NCBI GenBank assembly: GCA_031416315.1
Contig: JANOTL010000122.1
Location: 1 to 50,007 of the forward strand
Direction of reading: 5' to 3'
Length of the DNA stretch: 50,007 nt
Origin: Pseudomonadota bacterium
Lineage (GTDB): Bacteria > Bdellovibrionota_B > Oligoflexia > Oligoflexales > CAIYRB01
The translations under genes and the position numbers were made by a program. Below are positions 21,274 through 30,238 of the stretch, in pieces. Below the pieces are notes generated by a model. The model had not been told where the DNA came from. It saw nothing but the letters and a program-made list of their open reading frames with translations, and did not search any database. The first letter of the stretch is position 1, and every line of letters starts with the position of its first letter.

Positions 21274-21864
21274 ATGGCCGTGCGGCCGCGAAAGCTCGTC
21301 ATCCAGGCTCTCGGCGTCGAGGCACTGGCCGCTTCGATCTTTTATGCTCTTTATTCTGGCGCGGATCGCCTCGCCGCAGCGCGCGGCTTCACGGTGCCGG
21401 TCCATTTCGCGTGGGAGCTCGAAGTCCCATTCGTCGCGGCGGCATTACCCGTCTACCTATCTCTGTGGCTCCTGCTGCTCTTGGCTCCTTGGCGGCTCTC
21501 GAGCATAGCCGAGGTGCGGGCGATGGGCCTGGTCGTCCTTGCCCAAACCCTCTTCGCCTGCGCCTTCTTCGTGCTCGTGCCGGCGCGCGTGGCGTTCCCG
21601 CCGGTCGTGCCGGGCTCTTGGGCCGGCCCGATGCTCGCGTTCGTCGAGATGACGGTGCTCCGGCACAATCTCTTTCCGTCCTTGCATGTCGCGTTCGCGG
21701 TCACCTGCGCCGTGATCTACGCGCGACGCTGGTATTGGGTGTGGGCCGTTGCGATCGCGGCCTCGACGGTTTTGACGCACCAGCATCACGTGGCCGATGT
21801 CGTCTTCGGCTGGGCCTTGGGGCTATTCGCCACCCGCGCCTTTTATGCGCGCTGGGCCGCTTGA
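21274..21864 (+). CDS. PAP2-superfamily membrane phosphatase/phosphotransferase
   Basis: NLFPSLHVA and VLTHQHHVADV motifs; multiple TM segments. Confidence 0.85.
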   Translation: MAVRPRKLVIQALGVEALAASIFYALYSGADRLAAARGFTVPVHFAWELEVPFVAAALPVYLSLWLLLLLAPWRLSSIAEVRAMGLVVLAQTLFACAFFVLVPARVAFPPVVPGSWAGPMLAFVEMTVLRHNLFPSLHVAFAVTCAVIYARRWYWVWAVAIAASTVLTHQHHVADVVFGWALGLFATRAFYARWAA

Positions 21865-21870
21865 GCGGCT

Positions 21871-23055
21871 TCAGTCCTCGGGAGGGCGACGCTTCGACGT
21901 GGTCAAGATCGTCTGCCCCGTCTTGGTGATCAGCCGCCGCACCCGCTCCGCCTTGAACGCCTTGGTCAGGAGGTCGCGGCCAAACTGGCGATCCTCTTTT
22001 TGCGACAGCAGAAACGCCCAAGGCTCGAGCGTCGCGGTCGAGCTGAAGATGATCTTCAGGATGCCGAGCACTGGAACGCTCAAGAGCATGCCCCAGACTC
22101 CCCACAGGAGGCCGCCGGCAAAGAGGCCCACGAAGGTACTGAGCGTGTTCAGGTTCAAACGCTTGCCGACGAGCCGGGGCGTAAAGACGTTCGCCTCGAT
22201 GAGGTGCACGAAGAACATGCTGCCAAGGATCGCGAAGATCGAGAGCCCGGAGTGACCGGTCGCGACCGCGACGATCGTCACGGGGATGAGGCTCACGACG
22301 AACCCGAACTCCGGAATCAGGGTTAGGATTCCGGTCATCATTCCCAGGAGGAATGCATACTTCAAACCGAGGAGCTGCAAGGCGATGACGGAAAGGACGC
22401 TGATGATCGCGATGACGACGAGCTTCGTCAGCAAGAACTGCTCGATCATGCTCGTGACCGCCTCGAGGACCTTCGCCGCTTCGAGACTTTCGTATTGCGC
22501 CAGGATCTTCCCCGCGGAGACGTAGAGGTGCTTGCGGGAGGCGAGCATGACCACCGAGAAAATCAGGATCAGCGACGCCTCGGTGCCGGCGAGGACGGCC
22601 GTCTTGAGGCCAAGGGCCACGAACTTCATGCTCTCGCCCGCGCCGTTGCCGATTTGCTCCGAGAGGGCGGCGAAGGTGAGGCGCTCGTCGAGGTGGAGCT
22701 TCTGGCCGAGTGAGGTCGCCGAAAGATCGACGATCGAGCGCTGAAGCGCCGCCGTGATCGCCGGAAGATCGCCGAGGAGCGACTGCACTTGGCGCATCAG
22801 CACGTAGCCGACTACGGCCAATGGTAAGACCAAAGCCAGCGCCGCGATGGCGATCGAGAGCGCCTCGGGTACCCGCCGCCGCCCCAGCCAGCGAACGAGT
22901 GGCGAGCCGAGGAAGGCCAAGAGGGCCGACAAAGAGATCGGGATGAAAAACGCCTGACCCGCCCAAACGCCCCAGATGACGACGACGAAGAGCGCCATGA
23001 GCACGAGCTCGCGCGGCGTGCGCACCGCTGTTCGCGGAATCTCGCGCTCGATCAT
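21871..23055 (-). CDS. AI-2E (PerM/UPF0118) family transporter
   Basis: LIPEFG, IEANVFTPRLVGKRLNLN, GGLLWGVWGMLLSVP. Confidence 0.9.
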   Translation of the reverse strand: MIEREIPRTAVRTPRELVLMALFVVVIWGVWAGQAFFIPISLSALLAFLGSPLVRWLGRRRVPEALSIAIAALALVLPLAVVGYVLMRQVQSLLGDLPAITAALQRSIVDLSATSLGQKLHLDERLTFAALSEQIGNGAGESMKFVALGLKTAVLAGTEASLILIFSVVMLASRKHLYVSAGKILAQYESLEAAKVLEAVTSMIEQFLLTKLVVIAIISVLSVIALQLLGLKYAFLLGMMTGILTLIPEFGFVVSLIPVTIVAVATGHSGLSIFAILGSMFFVHLIEANVFTPRLVGKRLNLNTLSTFVGLFAGGLLWGVWGMLLSVPVLGILKIIFSSTATLEPWAFLLSQKEDRQFGRDLLTKAFKAERVRRLITKTGQTILTTSKRRPPED

Positions 23056-23065
23056 CGTCTCGTCC

Positions 23066-24205
23066 TCAAGTCTGACCGCGCAGAGCGAAAGTAAAGACGC
23101 TGCCCTCGCCGACGGCGGAGGCCACGGTCAGTCGGCCGTCGTGCGCCGTGATGATCGATTTCGCGATGTAGAGCCCGAGCCCGAGCCCGGAGCGGTCCTT
23201 GCTCGGAAGCTGCGAGAAGCGCTCGAAGATGCGCGAGCGCGCCTCCGGCGGGATCCCGGCGCCGGTGTCGCCGACCGAGACCTGCGTCCAGGTCGTCGAG
23301 CGCCAGGCCGTGACCACGATCGATCCCCCAGGGCTGGTGAACTTGATCGCGTTGCCGATGAGGTTGGCGAGGACTTGCCCGATGCGCCCGGCGTCGCAAC
23401 GCACGACGACAGGCTCGTCGGGGAGCTCGACCGTGAGCGTGAGGTCCTTCTCGAGGACCAAACTCTGCGCGTTCTCCTGGGCCTGCTTGATCAATTTGCG
23501 CAGGTCGTTCGGGCGCAACAGGACCTCGAGCTTGCCTGAAGCGATGCGCTCGACGTCGAAGAGATCCCCGATCAAGCGGAGCATGCTGCCGACGTTGCGA
23601 AGGATGCCGTCGACGAGGTGGTGCGCCGCGGACTCGGGATTCGCGCGCTGCTGCTCCTGCGCGAGAAGCAAGGCTCCAGCCTGGACGGCGCTCAAGGGAC
23701 TGCGCAGATCGTGACCGACGATCGCCAGGAATTCGTCCCGCGTGGTGAGCGCGGAGCGAGTGTCGTCGTGCGCCGCCTTTTCGCGAGTCAAGAGCCATTT
23801 CGAGTTCTGCAGCTCGAGCTCGGTGCTCGCGCGCTCGCAGGCTAGATCGAAATCGGTTGATGCGCGCTCCACGCTGAACTCGCGGGCAAGATCGAGCGCC
23901 CATCGCAACGTGCGTTCAGATTGGCGCGCAGCGTCGATGTCTTTGCGCTCGCCAGCCAAGGTCGCGTCGGCGGCACGGCGCTCGGCGGCGAGGCCGGGAT
24001 TGGCGGCGACCCGCTTCGCATCGTGAGCGAGACGCTGCTGCGTGCGGGCCAGGTCGGCCTCTTCGCGGATGCCGCTCACCATCAGGTCGAGCTCGACCTC
24101 AGCGACGGCGCCGACGGCCACGTCGACCTTCTCGCGCTCCGTCGAGAGGCTGTCGTCAGTGCATTTGCGCGTGGAGCGCTTGGGCTTCGCTTTGCTCATC
24201 GTCAT
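23066..24205 (-). CDS. Soluble sensor histidine kinase (HisKA + HATPase_c)
   Basis: H-box GHDLRSPL, N-box NLIGNAIKF, DTGAGI, GLGLGLYIAK; no TM segment. Confidence 0.92.
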   Translation of the reverse strand: MTMSKAKPKRSTRKCTDDSLSTEREKVDVAVGAVAEVELDLMVSGIREEADLARTQQRLAHDAKRVAANPGLAAERRAADATLAGERKDIDAARQSERTLRWALDLAREFSVERASTDFDLACERASTELELQNSKWLLTREKAAHDDTRSALTTRDEFLAIVGHDLRSPLSAVQAGALLLAQEQQRANPESAAHHLVDGILRNVGSMLRLIGDLFDVERIASGKLEVLLRPNDLRKLIKQAQENAQSLVLEKDLTLTVELPDEPVVVRCDAGRIGQVLANLIGNAIKFTSPGGSIVVTAWRSTTWTQVSVGDTGAGIPPEARSRIFERFSQLPSKDRSGLGLGLYIAKSIITAHDGRLTVASAVGEGSVFTFALRGQT

Positions 24206-24359
24206 TCGTTCAATGGTCGAAGCGATCTCTGCGCAGAGACCGCAGGCGGTTTCACACGAGGCCTAAACTTTGCCACAAATGCATGAATATGCCAAGAACT
24301 CGCAATTTTAGTTTGGAGTTGTTTGGCAAGGCAGCGGCGTCAACAGCGGCGTACGCTCC

Positions 24360-24845
24360 TTACGTGACCGCGCGCCGCGCCGCCAAGCTGACCCGCAGGC
24401 GGATCAGCTCGTCCGCGGGAAAATCCACGTCCCGCTCCGCGCGAAAGTGCTTCTGCTCCAGCAGAAGCGCCACCTTCAAGAGCTCGGCATAGACCAGCGC
24501 CAACCAGTGCGAGGTCGCCACCTCGGCCGTCCAAGCGCAGGCTTCGTCGTCCCAGCACGACAGCACCAGCCGGTTCCGCCGCTCCGGCACGACCGTGAGC
24601 CGGAGCTCGTCGCGCCCCGGCTCGCCGCACCACACGAAGCTCGCTCGATCTGCCCCCGCCGCGATCTCCGCCGCGGCTCGCGCCATTTCGCGCCACGGAT
24701 TCTCGCCGGCGTGCGTCAGCTCGAAGACGCGCGGCCCCGCTTCTCCCGAAAGCCAGATCCAAGCGCGCGACCACCCGCCGGGCAGGAGCCGCAGCTGGAG
24801 ATCGAAGTCGTAGTGCCGGCCGCCGCCCGAGCCCGCGCCGCTCAC
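24360..24845 (-). CDS. Hypothetical protein (start uncertain)
   Basis: The C-terminal part of the 24360..25166 ORF (HYDFDLQLRLLPGGWSRAW...) has gene-like codon use. The upstream part overlaps a + strand gene and a promoter candidate. Confidence 0.6.
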   Translation of the reverse strand: MSGAGSGGGRHYDFDLQLRLLPGGWSRAWIWLSGEAGPRVFELTHAGENPWREMARAAAEIAAGADRASFVWCGEPGRDELRLTVVPERRNRLVLSCWDDEACAWTAEVATSHWLALVYAELLKVALLLEQKHFRAERDVDFPADELIRLRVSLAARRAVT

Positions 24846-24962
24846 CGCAGGAAAACCGCGTGCAGCCAGAAATAGGCCGCCGTCGCCACGGCCGCATTTG
24901 CCGTCCACACGATGATGGAATGCTTCACGATTCGCTCCCTGCTTGCGGGTACCGCCAACCAG

Positions 24963-24991
24963 GGAATCGGTCGCGAGCCCCGACACTTGAG
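24963..24991 (-). promoter_or_regulatory. sigma28/FliA-like promoter candidate
   Basis: Minus strand reads TCAAG-N14-ACCGATTC. Confidence 0.45.
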
Positions 24992-25100
24992 CTTTTCGCC
25001 AAGTTGCTCGGGGTTCCCCGGTCCTTTCGAGCGGTTCCGCCGCTGGCGACGGCGCCACCCCATGCGACAATGAAGCTCCAAGCACCAGGAGACCCGAACT

Positions 25101-25355
25101 ATGGCCGGCGCCTTCGAGCACGCCACGCGCGTCGCGATCCAAGAGCTCATCGAGAGCCATGCCCAAACCTCAAAGTTTGGTTACGTGCTTTCGACCGACT
25201 CGTTCAAGGATCTGACCGACGCGCTCTACGATCTCTTGCTCACGAGCCGCAATCTGAAGAGCGCCGGCGACCGCATCCTCGGCAACACCAGCGCACCGCA
25301 GCCGCCGCAAAAGCGTGTCGGCGCGCTCTCGGCGCCGCCGATGCGCAAGCGCTGA
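25101..25355 (+). CDS. Small hypothetical protein (84 aa)
   Basis: AGGAG RBS, protein-like helical sequence; stop 1 nt before the SDR start. Confidence 0.75.
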   Translation: MAGAFEHATRVAIQELIESHAQTSKFGYVLSTDSFKDLTDALYDLLLTSRNLKSAGDRILGNTSAPQPPQKRVGALSAPPMRKR

Positions 25356-25356
25356 G

Positions 25357-26148
25357 ATGTCCGTGACGCGAAGCTTAGCCGGCAAGGTCGCGCTCGTCAC
25401 CGGGGGCTCGCGCGGCATCGGCCGCGCGGTCGTTGCGGCGCTTGCCGTCCGTGGCGCCGCCGTCGCGGTCAATTACATGAGCGACCACGAGTCCGCGGAA
25501 TCGGCCGTCGCCGAGGCCCGCGCGCAGGGCGTCGAGGCGCACGCGATCCAGGCGCACGTCGGGGATGACGCGAGCCGCGCCGATCTCTGGAAAAAGTTCG
25601 ACGAGCGCTTCGGACGCCTCGATTTCCTGGTCGTCAACGCCGCCACCGGTGTGCATCGCCCCGCGATCGACCTGTCGCTTAAAGGCATCCGTAAGGTTTT
25701 CGCCGTAAACTTCGAGAGCCTCCTCTTTCTAGCGCAAGAAGGCTTGAAACGGATGCCGCCCGCCGCGCCGGCTGCGCCCGCCGGCTCCGCCGGGCGCATC
25801 GTCGCGCTCTCGTCGATCGGCGCCGAGCGCGTCCTCAAGGATTATGCGAGCGTCGGGACCTCCAAAGCGGCGCTCGAGGCGATGTGCCGCCAGCTCGCGT
25901 GCGAGCTCGGCCCGCGCGGCGTCAACGTCAACGTCGTGCGCTGCGGCCTTTGCGACACCGGCATCCTCAACTACGTCCCCGAGCGCGCGCGCATCATCGC
26001 CGAGACTCTCGCCCGCACGCCTGCCGGGCGTCTGGTCCTGCCGGAGGACGTCGCCGAGCTCGTCCTCTTCGCCTTGGCCCCGGAAGCCCGCATGATCACC
26101 GGCCAAATCCTGAACGTCGACGGCGGTTACAGCGCTACCTGCTCGTAA
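25357..26148 (+). CDS. SDR-family oxidoreductase, FabL-like enoyl-ACP reductase
   Basis: TGGSRGIG, NAATGVHRP, Y-x6-K (YASVGTSK), ITGQILNVDGG. Confidence 0.8.
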   Translation: MSVTRSLAGKVALVTGGSRGIGRAVVAALAVRGAAVAVNYMSDHESAESAVAEARAQGVEAHAIQAHVGDDASRADLWKKFDERFGRLDFLVVNAATGVHRPAIDLSLKGIRKVFAVNFESLLFLAQEGLKRMPPAAPAAPAGSAGRIVALSSIGAERVLKDYASVGTSKAALEAMCRQLACELGPRGVNVNVVRCGLCDTGILNYVPERARIIAETLARTPAGRLVLPEDVAELVLFALAPEARMITGQILNVDGGYSATCS

Positions 26149-26171
26149 CTTTTGCCGAAATCCGGCTGAAT

Positions 26172-26199
26172 TTCAACTTTCGCGGGCGTTTTCCGATGA
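26172..26199 (+). promoter_or_regulatory. sigma28/FliA-like promoter candidate
   Basis: TCAAC-N14-TCCGATGA upstream of the lipoprotein at 26238. Confidence 0.5.
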
Positions 26200-26237
26200 G
26201 TCAGGGTCCCCAACGGATCCTGCTCAGGAGTCTTTGC

Positions 26238-27401
26238 ATGCGCCCCCGCATCGGTCGCCTCGCGACGTTCGTCCTTGCCGCCGCGGCCGCCTGTGGCCCT
26301 GAAGCGCAGCTCTTCGACAAGATCACGGGCAAAGGCAAAGAGCCGCCGGCGCCGCGGTCGGTCACGGTCGAGTCGAGTTTTTATCCCGAGGGCAGCAGCA
26401 AAGACTACGTCGAGCCGACCTGCCTCGATGAATACTACAAGGACAAGCTCTGCTTTGAAGAGGAGCGCCTGCGCTTCTCAATTGCGACCGCAGAGACGCC
26501 GCTTGCGCCGACCGGCCTCGCTCCGGTCGCCGAGGTCACCCTGTTCGCGACCTCCGACGCCGTCGTCTCGGGAGACTCGTGCCTGACGCCGCTCGATCCG
26601 AGCCTGGTCCCCGGCGCCGAGGTCGCGCTGATCACCGTCTCCTACAAAGCCGTGCAGGAGGCGGACGAGTACTCCACGGCGGAAACGATGATCTTCGAGA
26701 GCAATCAAACCTTTGTTTTTTCTTGCGATGCCGATCTCGTGCACGTCATCGCCAGCGAAGGCTACGGCTTCGCGCACGGCACCTCGGTCACGGTGACTTA
26801 CACCGCGCCGCACGGCAGCTATGTCGCCACCTCACCGGTCTTCATCGGCACGGGCAGCAAATCGGTCATGCGCGACGTCCCGTTTGCAACGGCCGTCACG
26901 ACCGCCGGTGGTCCGCGCACGGCAGACGCCTGCGCCGAGGGCCTGGAAGGCGACGCCGGCCTCGTGTCTTGCCGCAAAGAAAAGCGCGTGAGCTTCGTCT
27001 ACGATGTCGTCGCGAACAAAGGCGTGGCGCTCGGTGCCTCGCCCGCCGAGGCCGTCACCGTCAAGATCACGCCCGACGCCATCACGGCCGAAGACGCCTG
27101 CTTCGGCGCCGGCGTGGCCCCGGACGCCGGCGCCCTCGTCGTCGAATGGATCGCGACGGCCGACGTCGACGGAGCGACGAAGCGCGTCCACCTCACCGTG
27201 CCGCAGTTCGGCTGCGCCACCAAAAAAATCGTCTTCCAGCTCGACGCCGCCATGGTCGCGGGCTCGCGCTACGAGCTGAAGACCACCTTCGAATCGACGG
27301 CCGCGAGCTTCTACGCGACCTCCGGTCCGCTCCGCGGCGCTCCCGAGCTGGACTCGCCGATCGACCTGCCGCTGATTCCGGCCTACGTTCGCGGCCCGTG
27401 A
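26238..27401 (+). CDS. Hypothetical lipoprotein with two internally duplicated Cys-containing domains
   Basis: AGGAG then ATG 26238; FVLAAAAAC lipobox; two halves with four Cys each and matching motifs. Confidence 0.8.
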   Translation: MRPRIGRLATFVLAAAAACGPEAQLFDKITGKGKEPPAPRSVTVESSFYPEGSSKDYVEPTCLDEYYKDKLCFEEERLRFSIATAETPLAPTGLAPVAEVTLFATSDAVVSGDSCLTPLDPSLVPGAEVALITVSYKAVQEADEYSTAETMIFESNQTFVFSCDADLVHVIASEGYGFAHGTSVTVTYTAPHGSYVATSPVFIGTGSKSVMRDVPFATAVTTAGGPRTADACAEGLEGDAGLVSCRKEKRVSFVYDVVANKGVALGASPAEAVTVKITPDAITAEDACFGAGVAPDAGALVVEWIATADVDGATKRVHLTVPQFGCATKKIVFQLDAAMVAGSRYELKTTFESTAASFYATSGPLRGAPELDSPIDLPLIPAYVRGP

Positions 27402-27455
27402 TTTGTCGCGGATCCCTCTGAATTGACAGGCGAAGCACCGTTTTTTGTGGAAACC

Positions 27456-27483
27456 GTCAATTTCCTGCCGTGAAATCCGATAA
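27456..27483 (+). promoter_or_regulatory. sigma28/FliA-like promoter candidate
   Basis: TCAAT-N14-TCCGATAA upstream of the protease. It overlaps one arm of an AATTGAC...GTCAATT inverted repeat (27421-27462). Confidence 0.55.
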
Positions 27484-27513
27484 GAACCCAAGCCGATCAC
27501 GGGGTTCTCTTCG

Positions 27514-29562
27514 ATGTCGTCCGGCCTCCGCCACCCGCCACGCCGCCTCCGCGCCGCGAGCCTCGCGCTCGTGCTCGCGAGCGTCGCATTCGTCGCGAGC
27601 TGCGTCACCGACCGGAGCGCGACGGAGCCCCCGGTCCAGCTCGCGCGCGAAAAGATTCTGGCGCTTTCCGACTCCGTCTTCGAGATCGTCGTGCCGAAGA
27701 GGGACGAGAACAACGTCGTCTACTCCGGCAATCGCTCGCTTCCCGTCGAAGAGCTGCCGTTCAGCGAGCGCAACGACAAGTACTACTCGATCGGCACCGC
27801 GTTCGCCGTCTCCTCCGGCCGCCTCGTCTCGGCGGCGCACGTCTTTCAGGTCGACCGTTACTCGACGAACCAGGACTTTTTCGTCCGCGACCGCTCGGGC
27901 AAAGTGCACGCGATCGCGCAGATCAAGGCCTACTCGCAGTACCGGGACCTCGTCGAGTTCACGCTCCAATCCGAGCCTGCCCGGGTGAGGCCCCTGCGTC
28001 TGGCCGGCAAATCCACCGTCGGCGACACCGTCTACACCGTCGGCAACGCCAACGGCGAGGGCATCGCCATCCGCAACGGCCAGATCGCCAGCTTCACTTT
28101 CGAGCCGGTCAACGGTCAGTGGAAGGACATCCGCTTCTCCGCTCCCGCCTCGCCCGGCAACAGCGGTGGACCGCTCCTCAACACGCTCGGCCAGGTCATC
28201 GGCGTCGTCGTCCGCAAGAACGCCTCCGAGAACCTGAACGTCGCCATTCCCATCGACGAGCTGAAAAAGCTCTCGGCGAAGGACGCCGAGTTCTTCGTCT
28301 CCTCCAGCGAGGCCGCAAAGGACGGCGAGGCGCAGCGCGACTGGCGCTTCAGGACGCGCCTCCCCGCCACGCTGGCGAAGCTCTCCAAGCGCGCCGAGGC
28401 CGACCGCCGACGCTTTCACCTGAAACAGTGGGCGCGCACGCAGAAAGAGCGAAGGAACCAGAGCTTCCCGCGCGATCCCTACCTGCAGGACTTCGTCTGG
28501 AACCAGACCTATGCCGAGCACGTGCAGGTCCTCTCCTACGACGATAAGCAAGGCTATTACCTCTTTCCGGCCGATCCCGTTGTCGACTTCACCACGAGCC
28601 GCGGCGAGAAGGTCTTCACGCTGATCGACGAGCCCGACCACAGCCTCGTCCAGATCGAGGTGCCGAGCGACGCGCAGCTGACCGACTACGTGAAGAAGCC
28701 CGAGCTCCTCCTCGAGGCCGTCATCGAGGCGTTCGCGATGTACCGCGAGTTCAACGGCCGGCGGATCCCGCTGAAAAGCCTCGGCGCGCCGCAGCAGGCC
28801 TCGCAATTCGTCGACGCTCTCGGCCGCAACTGGGTGCAGGCCGTCTGGAGAACGCATTTCAACCAGGGCACCACGATCCTCAACTGCCTGCCGTCGCCCC
28901 TGGGCTTCGGCTGCCGGCTCGACCTGGTCGACACGGCTGACGAGACGCTCGGCCTCCGCGAGAAGTTCGAGCTGCACGACTCGGCGGAGATCGCGATGTC
29001 CTACTGGGGCAGCATGAAGAATTGGGACCGCTTCCTCGCTCTGCCCAAGCGCTACGTGCCGAAGTTTCTGCAAGCGATGAAGCTCGACCGCTCGGCGAAG
29101 GGCCACGTCGCCCTGGAGACGCGCGACGTCAAGCTTCGCTACGCGCAGCCGCTCTTCGGCGAGGCCTCCTGGCTCTTCCTCGGCGTCGGCTACGGCATGA
29201 CGAATCCCTTGGAGCCGGAGGTGCAGATGGTGAAGCTCGAGCACGGCGAGGGCTTCCGCATCTCGGAGGTGTTCGAGGCGATCATGGAGCCGCCGAAATC
29301 CTCCGGCGACGGCGACAAGAAATTCTTCGAAGGCATCGTCGGCCGCGCCGGCGACTTCAACGGCATGCCGTTGGAGAAGGACGGCCAGAAGAAGGTCTAC
29401 CGCGTCTTCGACGTCGGCCCGGGCAAGAAGGGGCGTCGCATGGTGAACATGGTCTCCTGCAGCGCCAAGAAGGACGCCAAGCTGATCCCCGACGAGCGCG
29501 TCCTCGAATCGACGTGCAGGGAGCTCAAGCCGTTCTTCAAGTCGCCTTCGCTAGCGCACTGA
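27514..29562 (+). CDS. Trypsin-like (S1) serine protease lipoprotein with large C-terminal extension
   Basis: FVASC lipobox; catalytic triad SAAHV / RDL / GNSGGP. Confidence 0.88.
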   Translation: MSSGLRHPPRRLRAASLALVLASVAFVASCVTDRSATEPPVQLAREKILALSDSVFEIVVPKRDENNVVYSGNRSLPVEELPFSERNDKYYSIGTAFAVSSGRLVSAAHVFQVDRYSTNQDFFVRDRSGKVHAIAQIKAYSQYRDLVEFTLQSEPARVRPLRLAGKSTVGDTVYTVGNANGEGIAIRNGQIASFTFEPVNGQWKDIRFSAPASPGNSGGPLLNTLGQVIGVVVRKNASENLNVAIPIDELKKLSAKDAEFFVSSSEAAKDGEAQRDWRFRTRLPATLAKLSKRAEADRRRFHLKQWARTQKERRNQSFPRDPYLQDFVWNQTYAEHVQVLSYDDKQGYYLFPADPVVDFTTSRGEKVFTLIDEPDHSLVQIEVPSDAQLTDYVKKPELLLEAVIEAFAMYREFNGRRIPLKSLGAPQQASQFVDALGRNWVQAVWRTHFNQGTTILNCLPSPLGFGCRLDLVDTADETLGLREKFELHDSAEIAMSYWGSMKNWDRFLALPKRYVPKFLQAMKLDRSAKGHVALETRDVKLRYAQPLFGEASWLFLGVGYGMTNPLEPEVQMVKLEHGEGFRISEVFEAIMEPPKSSGDGDKKFFEGIVGRAGDFNGMPLEKDGQKKVYRVFDVGPGKKGRRMVNMVSCSAKKDAKLIPDERVLESTCRELKPFFKSPSLAH

Positions 29563-30238
29563 GCGGGTTGCGGACCATCTGTCGCAGCGTCAGGCCTGTG
29601 ATGCGCCTGATTCGCTTGAGGCTCACGAAGACGATCGCCCCGATCGAGATCCCGCACGGGAGGGCGACCAAGTAGACGTTCCGCGCGATGAGCTCCCCGT
29701 ATTGCTCGTTGAAAAGCTCGGTCCCCGGCGTCGCCGTCACGATGAGCCAGTTCATCGCCGCGTTCAGCACCGCGTTGAACACGAAGTGCGCGCCGAGCCA
29801 ACGCGTGCAACTTACCATAACCATCTCATAGCGCGCCGCACCGTCGGCGTGCGCCGAGAGCCGTTCTCGGATCGCCTCGCCCCGGAAGAAAGGCCCCAGG
29901 AGGGTGAGCTGCCGCAGGGCGGCCGTCACGCGCGGTCGGAAAAGCGCGATGGTCGTCGCCATCAAGAGCGGAATCACGGCGCCCTTCAACGCGAACCAGA
30001 TCCGTTCTTGTGCCCAAAACCCGACGACCGCCGTCAGCGAGATGCTCGCCACGGCGAGCACCGAGATGAAGGAGAGCCGCCTGTTACGCCACGCGTGCAT
30101 CAGCGCGAACGCGAAGGGAAAGGAGATGCCGATCGCGAACTCGGAGAGGGCGCCCCAAGCCACCGCGCGGCTCACGAGCATGAGCCAGGTCGCCGGCAAA
30201 ACGACGTTGAACAGGAGATTCAAGGCCGCCCAGCCCAT
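29537..30238 (-). CDS. VC0807-like (septation protein A-related) membrane protein
   Basis: MGWAALNLLFNVVLP, WFALKGAVIP, PGTELFNEQ; about 6 TM segments; TGATG coupling to the upstream gene. Confidence 0.7.
   Translation of the reverse strand: MGWAALNLLFNVVLPATWLMLVSRAVAWGALSEFAIGISFPFAFALMHAWRNRRLSFISVLAVASISLTAVVGFWAQERIWFALKGAVIPLLMATTIALFRPRVTAALRQLTLLGPFFRGEAIRERLSAHADGAARYEMVMVSCTRWLGAHFVFNAVLNAAMNWLIVTATPGTELFNEQYGELIARNVYLVALPCGISIGAIVFVSLKRIRRITGLTLRQMVRNPLSALAKAT

Noticed and set aside
24278..24296. sigma54 -24/-12 site (TGGCATATTCATGCA, minus strand); also TGGCACG at ~47413
   Set aside because: GG-to-GC spacing is 9 and 11 nt respectively, not the required 10.
27457..29244. 595-aa antisense ORF, and similar long shadow ORFs opposite uvrB, actB, hflX and pgi
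   Set aside because: Expected artefact of GC-rich codon bias; no motifs and no RBS.
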